From Flavobacteriales bacterium (GTDB taxonomy: Bacteria > Bacteroidota > Bacteroidia > NS11-12g > UBA955): 49,356 nt of DNA. The notes below the pieces were generated by a model. The model did not search any database. It worked only from the letters and a program-made list of their open reading frames with translations, and had not been told where the DNA came from. Positions 20,252 to 29,950 of the stretch are shown here, piece by piece. Numbering within the stretch: the first letter of the stretch is position 1; each line of letters opens with the position of its first letter. Where the stretch lies: NCBI GenBank assembly GCA_947487055.1, contig CANKVN010000005.1, forward strand, positions 1 through 49,356. The letters run 5' to 3'. Both the position numbers and the translations under genes were made by a program.

Positions 20252-21607
20252 ATGGAGAAAAAACCCAAACTTACGGCCTTACAAATCATCTGGATGAGCT
20301 TTGGATTTATGGGAATCCAATGTGGATTTGGGCTTCAAAATGGCAATGCCAGCCGCATATTGGAAGATTTTGGTGCCAAAGTGCATCAGCTAAGCTGGTT
20401 CTGGCTGGTAGCTCCGCTTACCGGTATGCTCGTGCAGCCTTTGATTGGTTATTTCAGCGATAAAACATGGACCCGGATGGGCAGGCGTAAACCCTATTTC
20501 CTGGCAGGAACATTGTTTTGCTGCATAGCCATCGTTGCCCTGCCTAACAGCGCGGCCTGGTTTGCCGGAAAATCAGCGTTGCTGTTTGGAGCCACCTTTC
20601 TGGCCCTCATGGATGCCAGTATCAATGTTGCCATGGAACCGTTCCGTGCGCTGGTTGCCGACAACCTGAACGATGAACAACGCACCCTTGGCTTCAGTAT
20701 TCAAACATTCCTGATTGGCATAGGCGCTGTGCTCGGGAGTTGGCTGCCATGGCTGCTAACCAATGTAGGCGGAATAAGCAACCAGGCGCCGCATGGTCAG
20801 GTTGCAGACAATGTGGTATATTCTTTCTATTTGGGGGCAGTTTTTTTCCTCGGAACCATTCTGGTAACCGTGCTTTTCGCCAAAGAATATGACCCCGAAA
20901 CATATGCCAAATACCACGGCAATAACACAAACAATGAGGAGAAAGCCGGCCTCATGGAAATATTCCGTGATTTTGGCAGAATGCCCAAAGCAATGCTGCG
21001 CCTGGGACTGGTTCAGTTTTTCAGTTGGTTTGGTCTGTTTTGTATGTGGGTTTACACCACCAAAGGCATCGCCCAAAACACGTATGGATTGCCCGCCATC
21101 AACGGCCAATATACCGGCTCCGCCAAACACATCTTTGACACCGCCGGCGACTGGGTGGGCATTCTATTTGGAATATACAACGGTGTTAGTGCCATATACG
21201 CCTTGATTCTACCCAGCATAGTGCGCCGTATTGGCCGCAAACAAACCCATGCTTTTTCATTGATTTGCGGTGGTATAGGATTGATTTCCATGTTCTTTAT
21301 TCAAACCCCTGGCGTCCTCATCTACAGCATGATTGGTATCGGCATGGCCTGGGCCAGCATACTTGCAATGCCTTATGCCATACTGGCAGGAAGCATTCCT
21401 TCCGGCAAAATGGGCATTTACATGGGTATTTTCAACTTCTTCATCACCATCCCCCAAATTGTGAGCGCCTTGCTTGCAGGCCCAATGGTCACTTATTTAT
21501 TCGACAATCATGCCATCTATGCTTTGGTTACCGGTGGTTTTATGATGTTGCTGGCGGCCGTTTCCATGATTTATGTAAATGATGGAAAGCTGATTAAGGT
21601 GAAGTAA
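20252..21607 (+). CDS. MFS maltose/maltooligosaccharide transporter (SLC45/GPH-like)
   Basis: QI.WMSFGFMGIQ.GFGLQ, VQPLIGYFSD, GRRKPY, NVAMEPFRALVAD, YMGIFNFFI.IPQI; about 12 hydrophobic segments. Confidence 0.93.
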   Translation: MEKKPKLTALQIIWMSFGFMGIQCGFGLQNGNASRILEDFGAKVHQLSWFWLVAPLTGMLVQPLIGYFSDKTWTRMGRRKPYFLAGTLFCCIAIVALPNSAAWFAGKSALLFGATFLALMDASINVAMEPFRALVADNLNDEQRTLGFSIQTFLIGIGAVLGSWLPWLLTNVGGISNQAPHGQVADNVVYSFYLGAVFFLGTILVTVLFAKEYDPETYAKYHGNNTNNEEKAGLMEIFRDFGRMPKAMLRLGLVQFFSWFGLFCMWVYTTKGIAQNTYGLPAINGQYTGSAKHIFDTAGDWVGILFGIYNGVSAIYALILPSIVRRIGRKQTHAFSLICGGIGLISMFFIQTPGVLIYSMIGIGMAWASILAMPYAILAGSIPSGKMGIYMGIFNFFITIPQIVSALLAGPMVTYLFDNHAIYALVTGGFMMLLAAVSMIYVNDGKLIKVK

Positions 21608-21672
21608 GTAATGCCCCTAATTTGGCTGAAATGTTTGAAAGCATTATTACCTGAAAGCCATAACAAACAAGA

Positions 21673-23517
21673 TTAAGGCTTGCGGGGAAAATGAATTATG
21701 GTGGTGCTCATGGGAGAAATACCGCTGGTATAAAAACCGGTTGTATTTGCCGTTAAATTATTGCTCCCTTTTGCCCAGTCCGCTCTTATATCGCTATACC
21801 GCGATGCAATAATGGCTTTTGGTGTGCTGGATTGATTAACAAACACACCAATAACATCCTCCTCCCCTTCCAGAAAAAATGCATACACCCCGTCCTCCGG
21901 GATATATTGGGTGCGTTTTCCTACCGTAAACAAAGACGCATATTGCTGCCTGATTTGGGCTAACCGCCTGATATAATCGCACATTTCCTGTTGCTCAGCC
22001 GTACGACCATCGGGGCTAAAGCCATTTTTTTCGTCGTCCGGCCATCCGCCCGGAAAATCCCGGCGTATGGCACCATGCGCACCCGTATCTTTCATGAGAA
22101 TTTCAGTGCCATAAAAAACACAGGGAATACCCCTACCCATGTACATCAGGCTAAGCGCCATTTTTGTTTTGGAAATATCCTGACCAAACACCGCATGCAT
22201 GCGGTTCAGATCGTGATTGTCCGCAAACGTTACCAGCATTCGCGGATTGCGGTAAACCAGATCGGAGGCAAACAAATAATACAACCTGCTCAAACCGGTA
22301 TTCCAGCCGAATGGCTCGTTGAGCGCTTGATGCAATCCGAAACAGAATTGAAAATCAGTGACCGCATGCGGCAATCCGGCGATCGATTTCGATTTCGGTT
22401 GAAAAACCGAAGGGGCAAAATAGGCCTGTGCAGCCAAGGTATGTTCCCATGTTTCTCCAAAAATAAACAAATGGGGAAATGCCCTTTTAATTTCAATATT
22501 GAGACGCTTTAAAAACCCGGGTTGCGAATATGGATAGGTATCTACCCGCAATGCAGATGCTTGTGTAACAGCAATCCACCAAAGGGAATTTTGTATCAGG
22601 TATCGCTGAACATGAACATTATCCTGGTTTACGTCAGGCATGTGTTTATCAAACCAGCCATGCAACATGGTGGATTTCTCGGACGCAGCGGCATAAGGAT
22701 CACTTAAACTGGAAACACGATAATTTGTACGAAAAAATGTATCCCTAAAATGAAACCAGTCTTTGGCAATAAGCTGTTTAAACAATGCATGCTCATTACC
22801 CACGTGGTTGTATACCACATCCAAAACAAACTTAATCCCTTTTGACCTGCATTTGTTTGCCAGATCAATATATTCTTCCATGCTTCCGTAGCGTGGATCA
22901 ACACGGTAATGGTCTGTGCAGGCATAACCATGATAGCTCTGTGAAGGTTGATTATTCTCCAGCACAGGGGTCATCCACAGGGCGTTAAAACCCATATCTG
23001 TTATATAATCGAGCCTTTGCTGAATACCGGCCAAATCGCCCCCATGCCTGCCGTGTAAATCATTTCTGTTTGCCTTTTCGAGCATGGTTTTTACATCGTC
23101 ATTCCCTGGATTTGCATTGGCAAACCTGTCCGGCATCAACAAATACATCCTGTCCGAAGCTGCTATAGCGGCAGATGACCGGGGCTTTTCCCTCATGCTG
23201 AATAAATAACGGCTAACCTGTTGATTGACATTGCAATTAATGCTGAAATCTCCCTGTTTCCTTGAATTGATTTTTACATATATCAAGCGGTATCCTTTGC
23301 CGATGCCGGCAACGCTTTTGAGGATTTTTGGCCCACCTTTTACCTGAATTTCTGCCTTGTCTATTCCATCTCCATAAAGCAAAAGCTGCAGGGTATCGCA
23401 ACCCATTTCCTTGAACCAGTAGGGAGGATCACACCGCTGAATTGATTGGGCCTGCAGACCCAATGAAAATAAGAAAAAGAGGGCGTAAAACAGCCGTTGG
23501 GAAAATTTAAAAACCAT
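21673..23517 (-). CDS. GH13 cyclomaltodextrinase/neopullulanase (SusA-like)
   Basis: Signal peptide; RCDPPYW..M...LQLLLYG N-domain, YLLMPDRFAN, RHGGDL, YHGYA, LRVDTY, GETW, DNHD; start uncertain (23517-23544). Confidence 0.92.
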   Translation of the reverse strand: MVFKFSQRLFYALFFLFSLGLQAQSIQRCDPPYWFKEMGCDTLQLLLYGDGIDKAEIQVKGGPKILKSVAGIGKGYRLIYVKINSRKQGDFSINCNVNQQVSRYLFSMREKPRSSAAIAASDRMYLLMPDRFANANPGNDDVKTMLEKANRNDLHGRHGGDLAGIQQRLDYITDMGFNALWMTPVLENNQPSQSYHGYACTDHYRVDPRYGSMEEYIDLANKCRSKGIKFVLDVVYNHVGNEHALFKQLIAKDWFHFRDTFFRTNYRVSSLSDPYAAASEKSTMLHGWFDKHMPDVNQDNVHVQRYLIQNSLWWIAVTQASALRVDTYPYSQPGFLKRLNIEIKRAFPHLFIFGETWEHTLAAQAYFAPSVFQPKSKSIAGLPHAVTDFQFCFGLHQALNEPFGWNTGLSRLYYLFASDLVYRNPRMLVTFADNHDLNRMHAVFGQDISKTKMALSLMYMGRGIPCVFYGTEILMKDTGAHGAIRRDFPGGWPDDEKNGFSPDGRTAEQQEMCDYIRRLAQIRQQYASLFTVGKRTQYIPEDGVYAFFLEGEEDVIGVFVNQSSTPKAIIASRYSDIRADWAKGSNNLTANTTGFYTSGISPMSTTIIHFPRKP

Positions 23518-23564
23518 CACTTTTGGGTAAATTTCTTTCAACAAAGAAAAAATATTTTTTTGAA

Positions 23565-23582
23565 AGTGTCTGAATTACACTT
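23565..23582. promoter_or_regulatory. Putative NrtR-family operator 4, in a divergent promoter region
   Basis: AAGTGT-CTGAATT-ACACTT; TAGTTTTG -7 element at 23592-23599 on the plus strand. Confidence 0.82.
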
Positions 23583-23625
23583 ATTCTTTTTTAGTTTTGC
23601 TAATATTACCAAACCTTAAACCAAA

Positions 23626-24930
23626 ATGATTAAACATTACCTAACCCTGGGTGCATTTGCACTTGCAACAGGACTCTTTGCACAAGCGGACGTTACCCTT
23701 AAGGTGAACGACCAAAACAACAAAAACAAAACCGCCATCAAATTCAAAGGCATGTTCAACAACTGGACTGAAGTTTCTGCTTTTGACGACGGAACCAATG
23801 GTGACGCTACTGCCAATGACAATATTTGGTCTTTGAAAGTAGCAGGCGTTGCAGACGGCACCTATGAGTGGGGTGCGGTGGACCAGGACGGTGCATGGCT
23901 TACAACCGGCAGCCCAAACTACAAATTCACCGTAGCTTCAGGTGCAGTTACCGGACAAACAGAAATTGTTCTTGCCAAAAGCAAACCAACCCACCCTGTA
24001 ATTTTCACCATTCGCGATTTGAGCAAAAAAGAAACCGGTATCAAATTGAAAGGCTCTATGTTCAGCTGGTCTGCCAAAGACATGTTTGATAATGGAACCA
24101 ATGGCGACACCACTGCTGGTGACAATGTTTGGACCCTGAAATCTGACATTGAAGAAGGTAGCTGGGAATGGGGTATTGAAAATCAGTGCGGATGGAAACT
24201 GGTTGGCTCTAACCGCCAGTATACTGTAGCTGTAGGTGGTGCTGTTTCAGGTGACGTTTCTTACAAAATACCTGCACTGTCAACTCCTATCAATGTTACT
24301 TTCCGCGTATACATGGGCGACGTTATCGTGAACTCAGCAGGACTTTACGTTGCTGGTAATTTTCAAGATGCAGTAGCCGGCAAATCCCTCTGCAACTGGA
24401 GCAAAGACACCCTGCGCCTGTCCGATGCTGACAAAGATGATGTTTACGAACTTACCGTGAGCATGTCACCAGGCAACTACGCCTACAAATACTTCAACGG
24501 CCGTGGTGGCGATCCAGACGGTGAAAAAGGTGATTTCAAAACCGGTGGTTGCGGATCTGACAACGGTCTTGGTGGTACCAACCGCACCATAGATTTGAGC
24601 AATGCAACTGCCGATGTGGTGGTGAACATCTACAAATACGACAGCTGTGTGGTTTACGTCCCTATGAATGTAGGCGTTAAAAAATCAAATGCGGTTTTCA
24701 ACGGCATTTATCCTAACCCTGCTGCTTCTTCTGCCAATGTTTCTTTCACCAAGAAAAACATGGCACACAACATTACCGTTATGGATATTTCCGGTAAAGT
24801 TATTGCAAAATATAATGTTGCTGCAGGTGTTAATTATGGCACCATTATGAAGCCTGCTGCAGGAACTTACTTCGTTCAGGTAACCGCTGCTGACGGTAGT
24901 TCAGCTGCTTCAACCCTGGTATTTGAATAA
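23626..24930 (+). CDS. Non-catalytic T9SS cargo protein with three starch-binding-like beta domains
   Basis: Signal peptide; two FD.GTNGD..A.DN.W repeats; CBM20/48-like VTFRV..GLYVAGNFQ..W...GNYAYKY.NG; type A CTD IYPNPA...GTYFVQV. Confidence 0.8.
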   Translation: MIKHYLTLGAFALATGLFAQADVTLKVNDQNNKNKTAIKFKGMFNNWTEVSAFDDGTNGDATANDNIWSLKVAGVADGTYEWGAVDQDGAWLTTGSPNYKFTVASGAVTGQTEIVLAKSKPTHPVIFTIRDLSKKETGIKLKGSMFSWSAKDMFDNGTNGDTTAGDNVWTLKSDIEEGSWEWGIENQCGWKLVGSNRQYTVAVGGAVSGDVSYKIPALSTPINVTFRVYMGDVIVNSAGLYVAGNFQDAVAGKSLCNWSKDTLRLSDADKDDVYELTVSMSPGNYAYKYFNGRGGDPDGEKGDFKTGGCGSDNGLGGTNRTIDLSNATADVVVNIYKYDSCVVYVPMNVGVKKSNAVFNGIYPNPAASSANVSFTKKNMAHNITVMDISGKVIAKYNVAAGVNYGTIMKPAAGTYFVQVTAADGSSAASTLVFE

Positions 24931-24947
24931 TTGATTTTTTCAATAAT

Positions 24948-24984
24948 AAAAGGCAACTTTCATAACAGGAAGTTGCCTTTTTTT
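24948..24984 (+). terminator. Intrinsic terminator
   Basis: AAAAGGCAACTT...AAGTTGCCTTTT stem followed by a T-tract. Confidence 0.85.
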
Positions 24985-25008
24985 ATGTTATATTTGAATA
25001 TATATAAT

Positions 25009-27771
25009 ATGTATAGATTATTTACTTTAGCTTCACTGCTTATACTGCATCTGCCTGTTAAAGCACAAGTAACTTTAGATCCGGTATTCGCAACACAAAA
25101 TGACAGCGTTACCATCTTTTATGATGCCAGTAAAGGCAATGGCGCCTTGAAAGATCTGGGGCCACCTGAAGTTTATATCCATACCGGAGTGATCACAAAC
25201 ATTAGCACAGGGCTCTCCGACTGGCGCTATGTGAAAGGGGTCTGGGGCACCGATGACGCACCCAGAAAAATGAGCTATGTAGGAAATAATATTTATAAGA
25301 TTAAAATATATATTCCTACTTTTTATGGTGTTCCTGGCACAGAAACAGTAAAGAAAATTGCTTGTGTATTTCGTAACAAAGCCGGTGATAAAGTGGGTCG
25401 AAATGCCGATGGGACAGACATTTATGCAGACATTTACCAACCCGGACTTAAAGTAAGTTTCACCAAACCTTCAGAAATTCCGGGCATTTTTGAAAGCACC
25501 GACAATATTGCCTTTGAAGCCAAGGCTTCGGAAAAAGCAAAAATTACTTTTTACGAAAATGGCAGCCAATTGGATACGCAAACCACTTTGGTTTACGCCA
25601 AAACCCTAACAGGCCGTGCGCCCGGCAGGTATGAATATGTGGTGAAGGTACAAAAAGGCAGTTTAACCGCATTTGATACCATTTTCATTAACATAAATCC
25701 CGCAATCGTAACAGAAAATTTGCCCGCAGGAATGGCAGACGGAGCAAACTATATCAACGATTCTACAGTATTATTCTCGCTCTACGCCCCCAACAAAAAA
25801 TATATTTATGTAACCGGTGATTTCACCGGATGGCAGCAATTCCCGGCGTATTTTATGAAAAAAACACCTGACGGTAACCGTTGGTGGCTGCAGGTTTCTG
25901 GACTTAAAAAAGGGCAACAGTATGGCTACCAGTATTTGGTTGAAGGCCTGCTGCGTGAAGCAGATCCGCTTAGTGAACTTGTCCTTGATAACTGGAATGA
26001 TGGCTTCATCAACAAGGCTGATTTCCCCGGATTACCTGCTTATCCCTCAGGTAAAAGCACCGGCCTGGTTTCGGTTATTTCTCCCGGCAAATCGGCCTTT
26101 GCGTGGAAACACGATACCTTCACCGTTCGCAATTCGGGCAACCTTAACTTCTACGAACTGCACATCCGCGATTTTATTGCCGCCCATTCGTTTACGGTGC
26201 TGAAAGACACACTCCCATACCTTAAAAAACTGGGGGTTACTGCCATAAAACTGATGCCAGTAAATGAATTTGAAGGCAATTCCAGCTGGGGCTACAATGT
26301 TTCCTACCACATGGCCCTGGATAAATATTATGGCAATGCAAACCAGCTGAAAGCCTTTATTGACGAGTGCCATAAGCAGGGGATTGCTGTCATTATGGAT
26401 GTTGTTTTTAACCATGTTTTTGGCCAAAGCAGCCTCTGTCATATGTATTGGAACAGCGCCCTAAACCAACCTGCAAATGATAATCCATGGTTGAATCCGG
26501 TAGCCAAGCACGATTTTAATGTCGGGTATGATTTTAACCATGAAAGCCAGGCGACCCAGCAATACATGGACCGTGTTATTAAACATTGGCTCACAGAATT
26601 TAAAGCAGACGGGTTCCGCTTTGACCTTTCCAAAGGTTTCACCCAGAAAAATACCCTTGGCAACACATCCGCATGGGGCCAATATGATGGCAGCAGGATC
26701 TATTTACTAAAGCGCATGCGCGATGCAATCAGAACCTACAACAACAATGCACTGTTGATTTTAGAACATTTTGCAGACAACAGCGAAGAGACAGAACTGG
26801 CCAATGAAGGATTTATGCTGTGGGGCAATGGAAACGCAGCTTATACCGAAGTAAGCATGGGCTACTCCTATGATCTTTCATGGTTCAGCAATTACAAAAG
26901 CAGGGGCTGGAGCAATCCTAGGCTTGTTTCTTACATGGAAAGCCACGACGAAGAGCGAATGATGTACAAAAACATCAACTTTGGCAATATCAACGGTTCC
27001 TATAACATCAAACAAACTGCCACCGGCCTCAAGCGTTGCGAAATGGCGGCTGTTTTATTCTTTAGCGTTCCCGGACCTAAAATGGTATGGCAATTTGGCG
27101 AACTGGGATATGATGTAGGCATTAACACCAATGGCCGAACCGGTGAAAAACCCATTCGCTGGAACTATCTTGCAGATGCTGACCGCCAGAGGCTGAATAC
27201 GGTATACGCCACCATGATGAATTTACGCAACAAGTATCCTATTTTTCAAACCATTTACAACAACTTTGATTTGGGCAGCACCGTTAAGAAAGGTTGGTTA
27301 CAATATTATGATCATTACGTGCATGTGATTGCCAATACTGATGTAAAATCGGTAAACACCACCTACGACTTTCAGGATACCGGTAAATGGTATGAAGTAT
27401 TCGGTGGGGACAGCATGCGTGTTACCAACAAAAACATGCCCATAACCCTTGCTGCAGGCGCCTACAGGCTATTTACCAACAAGCGTATGGAATTGCAAAT
27501 AAAGGCACAGGTGTCCAACAGCACAGGTATTTCTGAATCATTGGATGCCGTGGTCGTTTTCCCAAATCCTGCAACAGACCAACTCTTTGTTGGGGCTAAA
27601 AAAATGGAATACCTGGAAGTTACCGACGCCCTGGGCCGTCAGGTATTTATCCAAAAACAACCTGACGATGTCATCAGCATCCACACCCAAAACTGGCCAA
27701 ACGGCATTTACCTGATACATGGCAAAACGGGCGGAACAAACTGGACACGGAAAGCCGTTATCCAACATTAA
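25009..27771 (+). CDS. Multimodular GH13 alpha-amylase (N-terminal CBM-like, CBM48, catalytic domain, T9SS type A CTD)
   Basis: Signal peptide from ATG 25009; YELHIRDF, MPVNEFEGNSSWGY, DGFRFDLSK, ILEHF, YMESHDEER; VFPNPA...GIYLI. Confidence 0.93.
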   Translation: MYRLFTLASLLILHLPVKAQVTLDPVFATQNDSVTIFYDASKGNGALKDLGPPEVYIHTGVITNISTGLSDWRYVKGVWGTDDAPRKMSYVGNNIYKIKIYIPTFYGVPGTETVKKIACVFRNKAGDKVGRNADGTDIYADIYQPGLKVSFTKPSEIPGIFESTDNIAFEAKASEKAKITFYENGSQLDTQTTLVYAKTLTGRAPGRYEYVVKVQKGSLTAFDTIFININPAIVTENLPAGMADGANYINDSTVLFSLYAPNKKYIYVTGDFTGWQQFPAYFMKKTPDGNRWWLQVSGLKKGQQYGYQYLVEGLLREADPLSELVLDNWNDGFINKADFPGLPAYPSGKSTGLVSVISPGKSAFAWKHDTFTVRNSGNLNFYELHIRDFIAAHSFTVLKDTLPYLKKLGVTAIKLMPVNEFEGNSSWGYNVSYHMALDKYYGNANQLKAFIDECHKQGIAVIMDVVFNHVFGQSSLCHMYWNSALNQPANDNPWLNPVAKHDFNVGYDFNHESQATQQYMDRVIKHWLTEFKADGFRFDLSKGFTQKNTLGNTSAWGQYDGSRIYLLKRMRDAIRTYNNNALLILEHFADNSEETELANEGFMLWGNGNAAYTEVSMGYSYDLSWFSNYKSRGWSNPRLVSYMESHDEERMMYKNINFGNINGSYNIKQTATGLKRCEMAAVLFFSVPGPKMVWQFGELGYDVGINTNGRTGEKPIRWNYLADADRQRLNTVYATMMNLRNKYPIFQTIYNNFDLGSTVKKGWLQYYDHYVHVIANTDVKSVNTTYDFQDTGKWYEVFGGDSMRVTNKNMPITLAAGAYRLFTNKRMELQIKAQVSNSTGISESLDAVVVFPNPATDQLFVGAKKMEYLEVTDALGRQVFIQKQPDDVISIHTQNWPNGIYLIHGKTGGTNWTRKAVIQH

Positions 27772-27788
27772 TAGCTGTCTAACATCAT

Positions 27789-27818
27789 AAAACCCTGCCA
27801 TTTTAGCAGGGTTTTTTT
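27789..27818 (+). terminator. Intrinsic terminator closing the alpha-glucan locus
   Basis: AAAACCCTGC-cattttа-GCAGGGTTTT plus T-tract. Confidence 0.85.
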
Positions 27819-27928
27819 ATTCCTTTGGGGCATTTGCCAAAACCGTATGGTAATGGCAGGTTTAAATTGTAAATTTGTGATGAAAATAGTTTTGGCGCAA
27901 CTATTGCCTTAACCATACATATTGTAAA

Positions 27929-29950
27929 ATGGACGAAAACAAAAACCCTAAGCAAAAACCAGGCGGCTTCCGTTTCAACCCTTATTGGATCTATGGCATC
28001 ATCTTTATTGTGATGCTGGTTTTAACCTTTTTCCCGCGCAGCACCGGCTTTAGCAGCAACTGGAGTGATGTGAAACAAATGATTATCCAGGGTGATGTAG
28101 ACAAATTGGTTGTCGTAAACGAACAAGTCGTTGAAGTTTACCTGAAGAAAGATGCCGCTCAGAAAGAGGAGCACAAAAGCAAAACAAAAAAGGAAGATTT
28201 GTTGGGCGGAGACCAGGCAAATTACAGTTTTGAAATTGAAAAGGGTTATTTCAACAATGAAATCAAGGACCTTAAAGACGAACTGAAGGATAAAAAACTC
28301 GAAAACAACATCCCTCCTATAAAGTATGAATCGCATAGCGACATTGTGGGACAGCTGTTTCAGTGGTTGTTCTTCATTGGTATTTTCCTCATATTCTGGA
28401 GCGTTCTGTTTCGCCGCGTAGGTGGCGGAGGCGGCGGTGGTTCCAATATTTTCAGCATTGGCCGCGCACGCGCTCAGTTGTTTGACAAAGACACCAAGGT
28501 AAACATTTCTTTCAAGGATGTAGCCGGTTTGGAAGAAGCCAAAGTAGAAGTAATGGAAGTGGTTGACTTCCTGAAGAATCCTAAAAAATACACCAACCTG
28601 GGAGGCAAAATCCCCAAAGGCGTATTGCTGGTAGGCCCTCCCGGTACCGGTAAAACCTTGCTGGCAAAAGCTGTTGCAGGCGAAGCCGGCGTGCCTTTCT
28701 TCTCCCTTTCGGGTTCGGATTTTGTAGAAATGTTTGTGGGTGTCGGTGCAAGCCGTGTCCGCGATTTGTTTAAACAAGCCAAGGAAAAAGCACCCTGCAT
28801 CATCTTCATCGACGAAATTGATGCTGTTGGACGTGCAAGGGGTAAAAACCTCGTGCAAGGCAGCAACGATGAACGTGAAAACACCTTGAACCAGTTGCTT
28901 GCAGAAATGGACGGATTTGGAACCGACAGCGGTGTTATCATCATGGCTGCAACAAACCGCCCGGACATCCTGGACAGTGCTTTGCTGCGCCCAGGACGTT
29001 TTGACAGGCAAATTACCGTTGACAAGCCCGATTTGGCAGGCAGGGAACAAATCTTCAAGGTTCACCTGAAGCCCCTTACCAAATTATCATCCGACGTGGA
29101 CGCTCACAAACTGGCCGCACAAACGCCCGGTTTTGCCGGTGCTGAAATTGCCAATGTGTGCAATGAGGCTGCCCTGATAGCTGCAAGGCACGAAAAAGAC
29201 CATGTAGACATGCAGGATTTTCAGGATGCCATTGACCGCGTGATTGGTGGCTTGGAAAAGAAAAATAAAATCATTTCACCTGAAGAAAAAGAAATTGTAG
29301 CCTACCACGAAGCAGGCCATGCCATTGCAGGCTGGTTCCTGGAGAATGCAGATCCATTGCTGAAAGTAAGCATCGTTCCCCGCGGTGTTGCAGCGCTGGG
29401 CTATGCGCAGTATTTGCCAAAGGAACAATACCTTTACCGCACCGAGCAATTGCTGGATTCTATGTGCATGACCCTTGGTGGCCGTGCAGCAGAAGATCTT
29501 TTCTTCGGAAAAATCAGCACAGGTGCACAAAACGACCTCGAACGCATTACCAAAATGGCCTATTCCATGGTAACCATTTACGGTATGAGCGAAAAGGTAG
29601 GAAACCTTTCATTCTACGATCCTCAAGGAGAATACGGCTATCAGAAACCATACAGCGACAAAACCTCCGAGATGATTGACGAGGAAGTGAGACGCATTGT
29701 GGGCGAAGCTTACCTGCGCTGCAAAACCCTGCTTACCGATAAAAAGGAGGCCGTAAAATCTGTAGCAGAAGAGCTCTTGCAAAAGGAAATCCTGTTTAAG
29801 TCTGACCTGGAGCGTTTAATTGGCAGAAGACCATTTGACGTAAAAGCGAACGAAAACGAAGTTCCTGCGCAGGAAACACCCGCACCTGAAGCCCCTTCAA
29901 CAACTGAAGTGACCGACAATCAGGATAGCCACATTGAGCCTGAATCGTAA
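27929..29950 (+). CDS. ftsH: ATP-dependent zinc metalloprotease FtsH
   Basis: Two TM segments; [39 protein letters not shown]. Confidence 0.98.
   Translation: MDENKNPKQKPGGFRFNPYWIYGIIFIVMLVLTFFPRSTGFSSNWSDVKQMIIQGDVDKLVVVNEQVVEVYLKKDAAQKEEHKSKTKKEDLLGGDQANYSFEIEKGYFNNEIKDLKDELKDKKLENNIPPIKYESHSDIVGQLFQWLFFIGIFLIFWSVLFRRVGGGGGGGSNIFSIGRARAQLFDKDTKVNISFKDVAGLEEAKVEVMEVVDFLKNPKKYTNLGGKIPKGVLLVGPPGTGKTLLAKAVAGEAGVPFFSLSGSDFVEMFVGVGASRVRDLFKQAKEKAPCIIFIDEIDAVGRARGKNLVQGSNDERENTLNQLLAEMDGFGTDSGVIIMAATNRPDILDSALLRPGRFDRQITVDKPDLAGREQIFKVHLKPLTKLSSDVDAHKLAAQTPGFAGAEIANVCNEAALIAARHEKDHVDMQDFQDAIDRVIGGLEKKNKIISPEEKEIVAYHEAGHAIAGWFLENADPLLKVSIVPRGVAALGYAQYLPKEQYLYRTEQLLDSMCMTLGGRAAEDLFFGKISTGAQNDLERITKMAYSMVTIYGMSEKVGNLSFYDPQGEYGYQKPYSDKTSEMIDEEVRRIVGEAYLRCKTLLTDKKEAVKSVAEELLQKEILFKSDLERLIGRRPFDVKANENEVPAQETPAPEAPSTTEVTDNQDSHIEPES

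Noticed and set aside
28022-29065. 347-aa and 194-aa ORFs antisense to ftsH, and similar shadow ORFs opposite infB, kynU, pheT and rny
   Set aside because: They lie fully opposite conserved genes and have no recognisable motifs; typical codon-bias shadows
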